This document shows positions 26,917 through 38,364 of a DNA stretch of 64,000 nucleotides, piece after piece. The notes under the pieces were generated by a model. That model did no database searches. It was not told where the DNA came from and worked only from the letters and a program-made list of their open reading frames with translations. The position numbers and the translations under genes are program-made. Every line of letters begins with the position of its first letter. The first letter of the stretch is position 1. Origin of the DNA: Paludibacteraceae bacterium (GTDB taxonomy: Bacteria > Bacteroidota > Bacteroidia > Bacteroidales > Paludibacteraceae); the NCBI GenBank assembly GCA_024399535.1, contig JAKSNU010000001.1, forward strand, positions 5,628 through 69,627, written 5' to 3'.

Positions 26917-27846
26917 ATGGAAAGAGTAAAAGTATTGATAATCGGTTCAGGACCTGCAGGATACACAGCAGCAATATACGCTGCAAGAGCAGGGTTAAAT
27001 CCAGTTTTGTATGAAGGGATGTTGTCTGGAGGTCAGTTGACACAGACCACAATGATAGAAAATTTTCCAGGATACCCACAAGGAGTGGATGCAACACAAA
27101 TGATGGGAGAAATCAGAGAACAAGCGGAAAGATTCGGTACTGATGTGAGATTCGGAGTAGTAACAAAAGTAGATTTCTCGGTATCTCCAAAGAAAATTTG
27201 GATAGACGAAGATACAGAATTAGAAGCAGATACTGTAATCATTGCGACAGGAGCATCAGCTAAATATTTGGGTTTGCCTGACGAACAAAAATATATGGGC
27301 GAAGGAGTATCAGCCTGCGCAACATGCGATGGATTTTTCTATAGAAAAAAAGATGTAGCTGTCGTAGGCGGTGGTGACACAGCATGCGAAGAGGCAAGTT
27401 ATTTGGCTGGACTCTGCAACAAAGTCTATCTTATCGTCAGAAAACCATTCCTCAGAGCATCAAAAGTAATGCAAGAGAGAGTGATGAACAATCCAAAAAT
27501 AGAAGTATTGTTCGAACATAACACACTCGGACTCTATGGAGAAAAAGGAGTAGAGGGTGCAAAACTGGTTTATCGAAAAGGCGAAGCAGACGAAAAAGTT
27601 GTTGATATCAAAATTGACGGATTCTTCCTTGCAATCGGACATCATCCAAACAGCGATGTATTCAGAGAGTATGTCAAATGCAACGAAGAAGGTTATATCA
27701 TCACCGACGGAGCAAGACCAACAACGAACGTTCCAGGAGTATTTGCAGCTGGCGATGTCGCAGACCCTCTGTATAGACAAGCCATATGCGCCGCTGCTTC
27801 AGGTTGCAAGGCAGCAATGGAAGCAGAAAAATATTTGAAAAACTGA
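26917..27846 (+). CDS. trxB: Thioredoxin-disulfide reductase
   Basis: GSGPAGYTAAIYAAR, the redox CATCDG motif, and GGGDTACEEA. Confidence 0.9.
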   Translation: MERVKVLIIGSGPAGYTAAIYAARAGLNPVLYEGMLSGGQLTQTTMIENFPGYPQGVDATQMMGEIREQAERFGTDVRFGVVTKVDFSVSPKKIWIDEDTELEADTVIIATGASAKYLGLPDEQKYMGEGVSACATCDGFFYRKKDVAVVGGGDTACEEASYLAGLCNKVYLIVRKPFLRASKVMQERVMNNPKIEVLFEHNTLGLYGEKGVEGAKLVYRKGEADEKVVDIKIDGFFLAIGHHPNSDVFREYVKCNEEGYIITDGARPTTNVPGVFAAGDVADPLYRQAICAAASGCKAAMEAEKYLKN

Positions 27847-27852
27847 TAGGAA

Positions 27853-30800
27853 ATGTTCACCCATCTGCACGTGCATACGCAATATTCAGTTTTAGACGGT
27901 ATGTCTAAAATCGGAGATCTTGTGGCAAAATGCCGCAAGAACGGAATGAATGCGCTTGCACTGACAGATCATGGTAACATGTTCGGTATCAAAGAATTTT
28001 ACGATACTTGCAAAAAAATCAATGATGGGCTTAAACCTGGCGATGAAGGTTATTTTAAACCAATATTCGGTGTCGAGGCATATTGCGCACGAAGAAGATT
28101 GACCGACCAAGATAAAAACTACAAGGTCGTCAACCCAATAAACGGTAAAGAGAGAATAGTAGATGCCTCAGGATATCACTTAATATTATTGGCAAAAAAT
28201 GAAACAGGGTATAAAAACCTTTGTCACATAGTGTCAGTGTCGTGGGTAGAGGGAAACTACTACCACCCAAGAATTGACAAGGATTTGCTTAAAGCTCATA
28301 GCGAAGGATTGATAGTTTGCTCGGCATGCTTAGGAGGCGAAGTAGCACAACTCATTATGGCAAACGAAATTGAGAAGGCAAAAGAGACCATAATGTGGTT
28401 CAAAGATATTTTCGGCGACGACTATTATCTCGAAATACAAAGGCATAAAACAGACAAGATAAGAGCAGACCAAAGCACATATCAAAAGCAAAAAAAGGTC
28501 AACGAGATTATATTCAAATTAGCCGAAGAGACTAACACCAAAGTAATAGCTACCAACGATGTGCATTTCACAGACGAAGAAAACGGAGATGCACATGAAT
28601 TGCTGATTTGTCTCAGTACAGGTAAAGATTTGGACGACCCGACAAGGATGTGCTATACCAAGCAAGAATGGCTCAAGACACCAGAAGAGATGGGCAGGAT
28701 CTTCAACGATCATCCAGAAGTATTGGAAAACACTCAAGAGATAGCTGACAAAATCGAGGTCTATAAACTGTCGAAAGACCCAATAATGCCACTATTCGAC
28801 ATCCCTAAAGATTTCGGAACGGAAGAAGAATACAAACAGAGAATAACCGAACAGGAACTTTTCGACGAATTCACCCGTAATGAAAAGGGCGAAGTAGTCA
28901 TGAGCGAAAAAAATGCCAATGAAAAAATTCAAAAACTCGGAGGTTACAACAAATTATATAGAATAAAACTTGAGGCAGACTATCTCAAGAAACTTACAAT
29001 AGACGGAGCGAAGAAAAGATATGGCGACCCTATCCCAAAGAACATCATGGAAACACTCATTTTCGAGTTGCACATCATGAAGACAATGGGATTCCCAGGA
29101 TATTTCTTGATAGTTCAAGACTTTATCAGTGCTGCAAGAAAAATGGGAGTATCGGTAGGTCCTGGTCGAGGGTCAGCCGCAGGTTCAACAGTAGCTTATT
29201 GTTTAGGTATCACACAGATAGACCCCTTAAAATACGATTTGCTGTTCGAAAGGTTTTTGAATCCTGACAGAATCTCGCTGCCCGATATAGATATTGACTT
29301 CGATGATGATGGTCGAGGAGAAGTATTGAAATGGGTAACTAATAAATACGGAGCTGAAAAAGTAGCACACATAATCACCTACGGCACAATGGCAACAAAG
29401 TCGTCAATAAAAGACGTAGGCAGAACACTCAAAGTGCCATTGGCTGATGTCAATGCTATCACAAAGCTCATTCCAGACAAATTTGGAGAAGACAAAGCAG
29501 ATAAAAAAACTGGCAAAATACCCAAAGTCAACATAGCAACTTGTTTGAAATATTTACCAGAACTACAAGAAGCAGTACGACTCAGCGACCAAATGTCGGA
29601 TGTATTTAACTACGCAGGGCAATTGGAAGGAACTGTAAGACAAACAGGAATACATGCGTGCGGAGTTATAATTGGAGCAGACGACCTTAAGAAATTTGCC
29701 CCTCTCAGCACAGCCAAAGACAAGATAACCAAGGAAGAACTCTTAGTCACACAATTCGAGGGATCGCAGATTGAAGACGTAGGACTTATCAAAATGGACT
29801 TTTTAGGTCTCAAGACATTATCTATAATCAAAGAGACCATCAAAAACATAAAGGAATCAAGAAACGAAGATGTCGATATTGACACAATACCTATAGACGA
29901 CCCATTAACATACAAGCTATATCAAGAAGGCAATACAGTAGCCACATTCCAGTTTGAGTCGCCAGGAATGAGAAAATACCTCAGAGAACTCAAACCAACT
30001 GTATTCGAAGACCTCATAGCCATGAATGCGCTTTATAGGCCAGGACCAATGGACTACATCCCAGATTTCATTGCAAGGAAGCTTGGACGCAAACCTATCA
30101 CCTACGACATTGAATGTATGGAGAAATACCTGAAAGACACCTATGGAATTACAGTCTATCAGGAGCAAGTCATGTTGCTATCCAGGCAGTTGGCAAGTTT
30201 CACCAGAGGCGAAAGCGACACACTGAGAAAAGCAATGGGTAAAAAACAAAAAGACAAACTTGACCATCTGAAACCAAAATTCATTAAACAAGGTGAAGAA
30301 AATGGTCATGACCCTAAGATATTGGAAAAAATATGGTCCGATTGGGAAAAATTTGCCTCATACGCATTCAATAAATCACATGCGACATGCTATTCTTGGG
30401 TTGCATACCAAACAGCATATCTGAAAGCGCACTACCCTGCCGAGTTCATGGCAGCCAATATGGCAAGAAACATAGGTAACGCAGTAGATATTGAGAAACT
30501 TATGGGCGAATGCAAAAACATGAGAATCGTTGTAAAAGGACCAGACATTAACGAATCGCAGGCATCGTTTGCAGTAAATAATAAAGGAGAGATAAGATTT
30601 GGAATGGCAGCAGTGAAAGGTGTTGGTTCAGCTGCTGCTGAACATATAATCAAAGTCAGGGAAGAGGGCGGACCATTCACATCAATATACGACTTTGCTG
30701 AAAGGATAAATTTCAGTGCATGCAACAGAAAATCAATAGAATTTTTAGTTTGGGCAGGTGCTTTCGATTGTTTTAAGAAAGAACTCAGCAGAGAGCAATT

Positions 30801-31707
30801 TTTTGAACTGAACGACAAAGGCGAAGTAACCATAGATGCATTAATGAAATACGGAACAAGATACAAGTCGAGCAAAAATTCAATGGAAAACTCACTGTTT
30901 GGTTCGTTAGATGTGTTGCCAGAAATTGACAAACCATCATTGAGCAAGACAGAAAAGATGTCACAACTTGAAATCTTAAACAAAGAGAAAGAAGCAATTT
31001 GCATGTACCTATCTGCACACCCTCTTGACCAATATAGGACTGATATCTTGTATGGATGCACGACAGATGTCATCGAAGCAGAAGAAAAAATCAACCAGGG
31101 AGAAGGTGTATTCACAGTCGGAGGCATAATAACAAATGCAGAAAAGAAATTCACTAAAAACAACAAACCATACGGAATATTTACTTTGGAAGACTATTCA
31201 GGACAACATACATTCAGATTATTCGGAAAACGCTATTTAGACTATTCCAATTTTCTACAACCTAACTTGTATGTATTTCTGACCTGCGCAGTTCAGAAAA
31301 AAGGAGCTGATTTCAAATGGAGCCAGCCTACCGATGAACTTGAAATGGTAGTCAAAAGCATAATGACCATAGACGAGGTACACAAAGAGCTAATAAAAGA
31401 TGTAACTATTATGGTCGATGTCAACAAAATAGATCTCATTTCAAAAGATCTCATATCTCTTGTAGAAAGCCACAAAGGAGAAACAGAACTCAGAATATGT
31501 ATCGTTGACCACGAACTGAGAGCAAAAATCATGACAAGAAGTAAAGCATTCAAAGTTGATGCATCTTCTAATGAACTTATCGAAACATTAGAAGCAATGA
31601 TGAGAGATGGACTTATACAACTGAGTATCAATGGAAAGACGAGAATTATAGTTAGTGACGAAAAAGAAGAGACAGTGGAAGAGGAAACTTTAGTGACAGA
31701 CGATTAA
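27853..31707 (+). CDS. dnaE: DNA polymerase III alpha subunit
   Basis: 1284 aa with a PHP domain (FTHLHVHTQYSVLDG), GPGRGSAAGS and PDIDIDF. Confidence 0.95.
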   Translation: MFTHLHVHTQYSVLDGMSKIGDLVAKCRKNGMNALALTDHGNMFGIKEFYDTCKKINDGLKPGDEGYFKPIFGVEAYCARRRLTDQDKNYKVVNPINGKERIVDASGYHLILLAKNETGYKNLCHIVSVSWVEGNYYHPRIDKDLLKAHSEGLIVCSACLGGEVAQLIMANEIEKAKETIMWFKDIFGDDYYLEIQRHKTDKIRADQSTYQKQKKVNEIIFKLAEETNTKVIATNDVHFTDEENGDAHELLICLSTGKDLDDPTRMCYTKQEWLKTPEEMGRIFNDHPEVLENTQEIADKIEVYKLSKDPIMPLFDIPKDFGTEEEYKQRITEQELFDEFTRNEKGEVVMSEKNANEKIQKLGGYNKLYRIKLEADYLKKLTIDGAKKRYGDPIPKNIMETLIFELHIMKTMGFPGYFLIVQDFISAARKMGVSVGPGRGSAAGSTVAYCLGITQIDPLKYDLLFERFLNPDRISLPDIDIDFDDDGRGEVLKWVTNKYGAEKVAHIITYGTMATKSSIKDVGRTLKVPLADVNAITKLIPDKFGEDKADKKTGKIPKVNIATCLKYLPELQEAVRLSDQMSDVFNYAGQLEGTVRQTGIHACGVIIGADDLKKFAPLSTAKDKITKEELLVTQFEGSQIEDVGLIKMDFLGLKTLSIIKETIKNIKESRNEDVDIDTIPIDDPLTYKLYQEGNTVATFQFESPGMRKYLRELKPTVFEDLIAMNALYRPGPMDYIPDFIARKLGRKPITYDIECMEKYLKDTYGITVYQEQVMLLSRQLASFTRGESDTLRKAMGKKQKDKLDHLKPKFIKQGEENGHDPKILEKIWSDWEKFASYAFNKSHATCYSWVAYQTAYLKAHYPAEFMAANMARNIGNAVDIEKLMGECKNMRIVVKGPDINESQASFAVNNKGEIRFGMAAVKGVGSAAAEHIIKVREEGGPFTSIYDFAERINFSACNRKSIEFLVWAGAFDCFKKELSREQFFELNDKGEVTIDALMKYGTRYKSSKNSMENSLFGSLDVLPEIDKPSLSKTEKMSQLEILNKEKEAICMYLSAHPLDQYRTDILYGCTTDVIEAEEKINQGEGVFTVGGIITNAEKKFTKNNKPYGIFTLEDYSGQHTFRLFGKRYLDYSNFLQPNLYVFLTCAVQKKGADFKWSQPTDELEMVVKSIMTIDEVHKELIKDVTIMVDVNKIDLISKDLISLVESHKGETELRICIVDHELRAKIMTRSKAFKVDASSNELIETLEAMMRDGLIQLSINGKTRIIVSDEKEETVEEETLVTDD

Positions 31708-31762
31708 CAATATTGTTGAAATAAATATTGGCAAATAACTTGCACACAACAAAAAAAATACT

Positions 31763-31770
31763 TAATTTTG
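31763..31770 (+). promoter_or_regulatory. -7 box TAATTTTG for trxA
   Basis: TAnnTTTG 24 nt upstream of the ATG at 31794. Confidence 0.45.
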
Positions 31771-31793
31771 CACGCTTAAAATAAATTATAATC

Positions 31794-32114
31794 ATGTTAC
31801 AAATTACAGACGCAAACTGCAAAGAAGTGCTCAGCAGCAACGAGTACGTAGTATTGGATTTTGGAGCAGCATGGTGTGGACCATGCCGTTCATTGGCACC
31901 AATTATTGACAAATTGGCTAAAGAGTTTGAAGGCAAAGTAGTTATGGGCAAAGTTGACATAGAGGAAAGCCCAGAAACAACAGATGAATTCGGCATACGC
32001 AATGTACCTACGATTCAGTTTGTCCGCAATGGAGAAGTAGTACCAGAGCTTAAAGTCGTTGGAGCAGTGCCAGAAGCAAAAATACGTGCATCGATTGAGA
32101 AGTTGATGGCATAA
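31794..32114 (+). CDS. trxA: Thioredoxin
   Basis: 106 aa with the WCGPC active site. Confidence 0.9.
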   Translation: MLQITDANCKEVLSSNEYVVLDFGAAWCGPCRSLAPIIDKLAKEFEGKVVMGKVDIEESPETTDEFGIRNVPTIQFVRNGEVVPELKVVGAVPEAKIRASIEKLMA

Positions 32115-33902
32115 ATGGAGCTAATTAGAAATTTTTGCATAATAGCGCATATCGACCATGGTAAAAGTACCTTGGCCGATAGGCTATTGGAATACACCAA
32201 TACCATTGAGGCAAGGGATTTGCAGGCACAAGTACTTGATGATATGGACCTTGAGAGAGAGAGAGGCATCACAATCAAGAGCCATGCCATACAAATGAAA
32301 TATGCCAAAGATGGAAAAGAATATACGCTGAACCTTATTGACACTCCAGGGCATGTAGATTTCTCATATGAAGTGTCAAGGTCGATAGCAGCATGTGAAG
32401 GTGCTTTGCTCATCGTGGATGCCACACAAGGCATTCAAGCACAGACCATATCAAACCTATATATGGCTATAGATCATAACCTTGAGATTATACCGGTTAT
32501 GAATAAAATTGATATGGATAGTGCCATGCCCGATGAAGTAGAGGACCAAATAGTCGATCTCATCGGATGCGAAAGAGAAGACATCATCAGAGCCAGCGGT
32601 AAGACCGGTGAAGGTGTCCACCAAATCTTAGATGCTATTGTTGAAAAAGTCCCTGCTCCTAAAGGCGATCCGGAAGCACCACTTCAATGTATGATATTCG
32701 ACTCTGTTTTCAACTCATTCCGTGGTATTATAGCATACTTCAAGGTCGTTAACGGAAGAATGCACACAGGCGATCTTGTGAAGTTCGTCAATACAGGGAA
32801 AGAATATGAAGCAAACGAAATTGGTGTACTGAAACTTGATTTCCAGCCTGAAAAAGAGATTTCAGCAGGAAATGTAGGCTATATAATCTCAGGCATAAAG
32901 ACATCTAAGGAAGTGAAGGTCGGTGACACGATAACACATGTGCAAAGACCATGCGCAAACGCAATATCGGGCTTCGAAGAGGTTAAACCTATGGTTTTTG
33001 CAGGTGTTTATCCTATTGAAACGGAAGATTTCGAAAACCTGAGAACATCTTTGGAAAAGCTGCAATTGAACGACGCATCACTTACATTCGAACCTGAATC
33101 ATCAGCAGCCTTAGGATTTGGCTTCAGATGTGGATTCCTCGGAATGCTCCATATGGAAATTGTACAAGAGCGGTTAGATAGAGAGTTTGATATGAACGTT
33201 ATTACGACAGTGCCTAACGTATCATATAAAGTTTATACAACAAAAGGAGAAGAATTGGAAGTACATAATCCATCGGGCTTACCAGATCTGTCAGAGATAG
33301 AACATATTGAAGAACCATACATCCGGGCATCAATAATTACGCAAAGCACATACATAGGTCCAATAATGACATTATGTTTGGACAAGCGAGGAGAATTGAT
33401 AAAACAAGAGTATGTGTCGGGCAATAGAATGGAACTCACTTTCGATATGCCATTAGGCGAAATAGTGTTTGATTTCTATGACAAGCTAAAAAGCATCTCG
33501 AAAGGATACGCATCTTTTGATTACCACATGAATGGTTACAAACCATCGAAGTTGGTAAAATTAGATATACTTCTGAATGGAGAAGGTGTTGACGCATTAT
33601 CATCACTGATACATTTCGACAACGCTTATACATTGGGTAGAAGAATGTGCGAAAAGTTGTCAGAACTTATACCGAGACAACAATTCGACATAGCAATACA
33701 GGCAGCCATAGGTGCGAAAATAATAGCGAGAGAAACAGTCAAGCAAGTTCGCAAAGATGTAACAGCCAAATGTTATGGCGGCGATATATCAAGAAAAAGA
33801 AAACTGCTCGAAAAACAGAAACGAGGGAAAAAGAGAATGAAACAAATCGGTAACGTTGAAGTACCACAGAAAGCATTCCTCGCAGTTTTAAAGTTGGATT
33901 AA
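32115..33902 (+). CDS. lepA: Translation elongation factor 4
   Basis: 595 aa with [23 protein letters not shown] and a LepA C-terminal domain. Confidence 0.95.
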   Translation: MELIRNFCIIAHIDHGKSTLADRLLEYTNTIEARDLQAQVLDDMDLERERGITIKSHAIQMKYAKDGKEYTLNLIDTPGHVDFSYEVSRSIAACEGALLIVDATQGIQAQTISNLYMAIDHNLEIIPVMNKIDMDSAMPDEVEDQIVDLIGCEREDIIRASGKTGEGVHQILDAIVEKVPAPKGDPEAPLQCMIFDSVFNSFRGIIAYFKVVNGRMHTGDLVKFVNTGKEYEANEIGVLKLDFQPEKEISAGNVGYIISGIKTSKEVKVGDTITHVQRPCANAISGFEEVKPMVFAGVYPIETEDFENLRTSLEKLQLNDASLTFEPESSAALGFGFRCGFLGMLHMEIVQERLDREFDMNVITTVPNVSYKVYTTKGEELEVHNPSGLPDLSEIEHIEEPYIRASIITQSTYIGPIMTLCLDKRGELIKQEYVSGNRMELTFDMPLGEIVFDFYDKLKSISKGYASFDYHMNGYKPSKLVKLDILLNGEGVDALSSLIHFDNAYTLGRRMCEKLSELIPRQQFDIAIQAAIGAKIIARETVKQVRKDVTAKCYGGDISRKRKLLEKQKRGKKRMKQIGNVEVPQKAFLAVLKLD

Positions 33903-33913
33903 TAAATTAAATT

Positions 33914-35272
33914 TTGTATTATATGGAAGAATTAGTTCACAGTGCATGGTCAATGATTCCATTTGCGATCATGTTGCTGATGATTGCGGTAGCACCGCTC
34001 GTAGCAGAGAAATGGTGGGAAAGCAACATCAACAAACTCATTGTGTCGCTCGTATTGGGCATACCGGTAGCAGTATGTCTGATAATGGGAGGCATGGGAC
34101 ATAATTTCGAACATCAAATGTTGTTCGATTACGTTCCTTTTATTATCTTATTGTTATCTCTATTCGTAGTTACAGGTGGTATCAATCTGAGTGGAGATAT
34201 AAAAGCAACACCAGGCGTTAACACGTTATTCCTTGGAATTGGTTTTCTATTGGCTTCTTTAATGGGAACTACTGGAGCTGCAATGTTACTCATTCGCCCA
34301 GTATTGACAACCAACCAACAGAGGAAACACAAGTTGCATACTGTATTGTTTTTCATTGCGCTGGTAGCAAACTGTGGTGGATTGATGACACCTCTCGGAG
34401 ATCCTCCGTTGTTCATGTTGTTCCTCCGTGGAGTATCATTCACATGGTTTATGGGCATGTGGGCACAATGGATCTTCACAGGAGCGCTGCTTCTCCTTAT
34501 ATACTACATCGTTGACAAACACGAATATAAAAAAGAGGATCAAGAAGCCTTAGCACGTGATGCAGCAGAAGTTACTCCTATCAAACTCAAAGGCAACATC
34601 AACTTTATCTATCTGATAGGCATTGTATTGTCAGTAGCACTAATCAATGAGGGATTCATTCCTGAGATGGGAAATGCTGATGCACCTGTCTATATCAAGT
34701 ATCTCAGAGAGATAGCATTGTTAATTATAACTGCATTGTCGTATTTCACAACGAAGAAAGAGATTCGTTTCGAAGCAAACAAATTCACTTGGACACCAAT
34801 TGTTGAGGTTGCAGTTTTATTCCTCGGAATATTTGCAACCATGACACCAGCATTGGCTTATCTGAGTGCGCATGCTGGAGAACTCGGACTTGATTCACCA
34901 ACCAAATTCTACTACGTGACAGGTCTGTTGAGTTCGTTCCTTGACAACACACCAACTGCTGTGGCATTTTATGAAGTAGGATCGGGATTGCCAACAGAAA
35001 CACTCACGGCAATGGACACTACCATGCTGGATATGGTCAACGGAGCATTTCCACAAGTATTGTTGCAAGCCATCTCAATTGGTGCAGTATTCTTCGGTGC
35101 CATGACATATATTGGCAACGGACCTAACTTCATGGTTAAATCTATCGCTGAGGAGAGCGGTATCAAAATGCCATCGTTCTTCGCTTATATGTACAAGTTT
35201 TCACTCATAGTCTTGTTGCCAATATATATACTTGTGCAGTTGTTGTTTATATGGTTACCAACCATACTATAA
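33914..35272 (+). CDS. Na+/H+ antiporter-like permease (ArsB/NhaD superfamily)
   Basis: 452 aa, polytopic. It sits in the position after lepA that is common in Bacteroidales. The start could be the ATG at 33923. Confidence 0.6.
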   Translation: MYYMEELVHSAWSMIPFAIMLLMIAVAPLVAEKWWESNINKLIVSLVLGIPVAVCLIMGGMGHNFEHQMLFDYVPFIILLLSLFVVTGGINLSGDIKATPGVNTLFLGIGFLLASLMGTTGAAMLLIRPVLTTNQQRKHKLHTVLFFIALVANCGGLMTPLGDPPLFMLFLRGVSFTWFMGMWAQWIFTGALLLLIYYIVDKHEYKKEDQEALARDAAEVTPIKLKGNINFIYLIGIVLSVALINEGFIPEMGNADAPVYIKYLREIALLIITALSYFTTKKEIRFEANKFTWTPIVEVAVLFLGIFATMTPALAYLSAHAGELGLDSPTKFYYVTGLLSSFLDNTPTAVAFYEVGSGLPTETLTAMDTTMLDMVNGAFPQVLLQAISIGAVFFGAMTYIGNGPNFMVKSIAEESGIKMPSFFAYMYKFSLIVLLPIYILVQLLFIWLPTIL

Positions 35273-35299
35273 TATTCAAAATAAAAAGAACTGATAGTT

Positions 35300-35755
35300 A
35301 TGAAATATATTATTCATGTTTTTAAAAATTACTGTACTTTCAAAGGACGTGCAGGAAGAAAAGAATTTTGGTTGTTCATATTATTTAATGCAATAGTATT
35401 GAGCATATTTATTTTCGCAGATTCAAAAATCTTTCCTGAAATAAAAGCTGGAATGTTTGGGGTTGTAGTTGAGTCTTTGGGTTCAGGATTTGGACTTCCT
35501 TATTTGTTGCATTGGTATGAGATTCATCCTGAAGTGACACCAGGATATGGTCCGTTAGCCATAATATACGTGTTAGGAACATTACTGCCAAATATTTCAT
35601 TAACAGTAAGAAGACTGCACGACATTGAACTAAATGGATGGTTATTTTTGCTAACCATCTTACCAGTTATTGGCTGGATATGGTGGTTTGTAATTGGTTT
35701 GTTCAAAGGCAACACGACTGAGAACAATTATGGTGATGTCCCCACATTATTATAG
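35300..35755 (+). CDS. DUF805 family inner-membrane protein
   Basis: 151 aa with KGRAGRKEFWLFILF and RRLHDIELNGW, which are DUF805 hallmarks. Confidence 0.75.
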   Translation: MKYIIHVFKNYCTFKGRAGRKEFWLFILFNAIVLSIFIFADSKIFPEIKAGMFGVVVESLGSGFGLPYLLHWYEIHPEVTPGYGPLAIIYVLGTLLPNISLTVRRLHDIELNGWLFLLTILPVIGWIWWFVIGLFKGNTTENNYGDVPTLL

Positions 35756-35778
35756 TTAATACTCAAAAAAACAAAGAT

Positions 35779-35809
35779 TAGGCTTTCGAAAAGAGAGCCT
35801 ATTCTTTTT
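35779..35809 (+). terminator. Intrinsic terminator
   Basis: TAGGCTTTC / GAGAGCCTA stem, loop GAAAA, then TTCTTTTT. Confidence 0.65.
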
Positions 35810-35829
35810 GCATTGAAGGAGAGAGGGAA

Positions 35830-36729
35830 ATGAGAAATAAGATAAAGCCATTCGTTTTGCCTATTGCGATTGTCGTGGGCTTCATGACACACCAATGGTG
35901 CAATATGATGGCATTTCTAATGCCATACGTAATATTTTCCATTCTGATGTTTTGTTTTTGTTCGGTAGATATACAAAGTATGAAACCCGGTTGGATGGAT
36001 TTATGTTTGGCAACATTCCAAATTGCAGTCAGCCTCGGAGGATATTACCTTACAAAAGCCATAAGCGGAAATGAAATAGTAGCCGAAGGAATATTGATAT
36101 GTGTATTATGCCCTGTAGCATCATCGACAGCAGTAGTGGCATGTATGTTAGGAGCAAACAGGGAAATAGTAACGACATACACTATGGTAGGGAATCTGAT
36201 GGTAGCTTTTGTGGCACCAATAATCTTTTCGTTTATTGGCACGCATCAGACAATGCCTTTCGTTGATTCATTTCTTCTGATACTTAAAAGAGTAGCCTCA
36301 GTATTGGCAATACCATTTTTCATAAGTTGGATATTGCAAATAAAAACACCGAAAATCTGCAAAAAAATAGCAAAATACAATGGCATTTCGTTCTATCTAT
36401 GGGCAATAGCACTGCTCATTACGCTCGGACAAACAATACATTACGTTATCACGAAAGGAGATGGACATTGGAGCGACATCGGAATACTTGCCATAATGGC
36501 ATTTGTGATATGCGTAGTTCATTTTGGATTTGGAAAATGGCTTGGCAGTAAATTCGGCGACACTATGGCTGGAGGACAATTGCTCGGTCAGAAAAACTCG
36601 TCAATGGGAATATGGATGAGCAATATGTATCTCAACCCGCTTGCATCGTGCATCCTTGCATTCTACAGCATAATGGCAAATTCATTCAACAGCTGGCAAA
36701 TTTGGTATTACAATAGAGATAAAAAATGA
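35830..36729 (+). CDS. Bile acid:sodium symporter (BASS/SBF-like) family transporter
   Basis: 299 aa, polytopic. VLCPVASSTAVVACMLGANREI resembles the BASS signature region. Confidence 0.55.
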   Translation: MRNKIKPFVLPIAIVVGFMTHQWCNMMAFLMPYVIFSILMFCFCSVDIQSMKPGWMDLCLATFQIAVSLGGYYLTKAISGNEIVAEGILICVLCPVASSTAVVACMLGANREIVTTYTMVGNLMVAFVAPIIFSFIGTHQTMPFVDSFLLILKRVASVLAIPFFISWILQIKTPKICKKIAKYNGISFYLWAIALLITLGQTIHYVITKGDGHWSDIGILAIMAFVICVVHFGFGKWLGSKFGDTMAGGQLLGQKNSSMGIWMSNMYLNPLASCILAFYSIMANSFNSWQIWYYNRDKK

Positions 36730-36750
36730 GAATAATTTTCTGATAAAAAG

Positions 36751-36782
36751 TTTGCTACATTCAAGAAAAAGTTATAACTTTG
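36751..36782 (+). promoter_or_regulatory. Promoter (-33 TTTG 36751-36754, -7 TAACTTTG 36775-36782)
   Basis: Canonical 20-nt spacing, upstream of the small lipoprotein gene. Confidence 0.55.
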
Positions 36783-36805
36783 CAGCCAAATAAATTGAGG
36801 TGATT

Positions 36806-37105
36806 ATGAAAAGGACATTAGTAGTATTTAGTATCGCCATAATTCTCGGATTGGTGATAACGTCATGCGACACAAGCAAACAGCAATGTTGGTTATTAAA
36901 GGCAAAACGTGGTGGAGCAACAATCGAATATTATATATTTGCTTCACAGGATTACTTAGATTCCAAAGCATTAGAACTGAGAAGCAAAGGGTATGATGTT
37001 TCCTACAAAAAGAACACTTCATACAAAAATGAAAAGGATTGCAACTCAAACAACGAAAATTTGTGGGAAGATTTTAGCGGCATAGTAATAAGCAATGCGA
37101 ATTGA
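36806..37105 (+). CDS. Small lipoprotein, function unknown
   Basis: MKRTLVVFSIAIILGLVITSC lipobox. The ORF-track start at 36800 is an alternative codon, and the ATG at 36806 is preferred. Confidence 0.5.
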   Translation: MKRTLVVFSIAIILGLVITSCDTSKQQCWLLKAKRGGATIEYYIFASQDYLDSKALELRSKGYDVSYKKNTSYKNEKDCNSNNENLWEDFSGIVISNAN

Positions 37106-37136
37106 TAACTAAAATTTACAAGAATATAATAGAAAT

Positions 37137-38345
37137 ATGGACGCTGTTGAAAGATTTATTGAATACGCAAAGTGGTGGACTACATCTGACGAAGAAAGCG
37201 GAATTACTCCATCCACAGCGAGGCAAATGGATTTTGCTCGTAAGTTGAAGCAAGATTTAGAAGGATTGGGGTTTGAAGAAGTTGAACTTGATGAACTCGG
37301 ATATCTTTATGCGACACTGCCAGCAAATACGACAGAGGCATTGCCTACAATAGGCTTTATTGCGCATATGGATACCTCGCCAGATATGTCCGGCGAAAAC
37401 GTTAAGCCAAGGATTGTAAAGAATTATGATGGAAAAGACATAGTGCTCAACGCTGAACGCAACATAGTTCTCAGCACTGAACAATTTCCTGAGATATTGC
37501 AATACAAAGGACAAGATATCATCGTGACAGATGGTACTACCCTACTCGGAGCTGACGACAAAGCAGGCATTGTCGAAATTATATGTGCATGCGAATACTT
37601 GATGGCACATCCAGAGATTAAGCACGGCAAAATTCGTATTGGGTTCAACCCAGACGAAGAAATCGGTATGGGGGCTCACAAATTTGATGTTAATAAATTC
37701 GGTTGCGATTGGGCATATACAATGGACGGAGGCGAAATTGGAGAATTGGAATATGAAAATTTCAATGCTGCATCGGCTAAACTGAAGTTCAATGGTTTGA
37801 ACGTTCATCCAGGATCTGCCAAAGGCAAGATGAGAAATGCAATCCGAATGGCTCAGGAGTTTATATCAATGATACCTGCCGAACTACCTGAAAACACCGA
37901 AGGATATGATGGATTCTATCACGTGGTAGCATCATCTGGATCTGTTGAAGAAGCATCACTCGCATGGATAATCAGAGACCACGACAGAGCCAAATTCGAG
38001 GAGAGAAAGCGCGTAATGGAAAGAACAACTCGCTGGATGAACGAGAAATATGGCGAAGGAGTTGTTGAATTAGAGTTGAAAGACCAATATTATAACATGC
38101 GTGAGATGGTCGAGCCTGAAATCCACATCATTGACAAGGCATTTAAGGCAATGGAGGAAGCCGGGGTCAAACCGAAAGTATCACCTATCCGCGGAGGCAC
38201 TGACGGAGCTCAATTATCATTCAAAGGTCTGCTATGCCCTAACATCTTTGCTGGAGGTCATAACTTCCACGGAAAATACGAATATTTGCCTATTCGCTCT
38301 ATGGAAAAAGCAATAGAAGTGATAGTTAACATAGTAAAAAAATAA
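37137..38345 (+). CDS. pepT: Peptidase T (tripeptide aminopeptidase)
   Basis: 402 aa with M20B features: [24 protein letters not shown]. Confidence 0.9.
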   Translation: MDAVERFIEYAKWWTTSDEESGITPSTARQMDFARKLKQDLEGLGFEEVELDELGYLYATLPANTTEALPTIGFIAHMDTSPDMSGENVKPRIVKNYDGKDIVLNAERNIVLSTEQFPEILQYKGQDIIVTDGTTLLGADDKAGIVEIICACEYLMAHPEIKHGKIRIGFNPDEEIGMGAHKFDVNKFGCDWAYTMDGGEIGELEYENFNAASAKLKFNGLNVHPGSAKGKMRNAIRMAQEFISMIPAELPENTEGYDGFYHVVASSGSVEEASLAWIIRDHDRAKFEERKRVMERTTRWMNEKYGEGVVELELKDQYYNMREMVEPEIHIIDKAFKAMEEAGVKPKVSPIRGGTDGAQLSFKGLLCPNIFAGGHNFHGKYEYLPIRSMEKAIEVIVNIVKK

Positions 38346-38364
38346 TAATTTTAATATAACAATT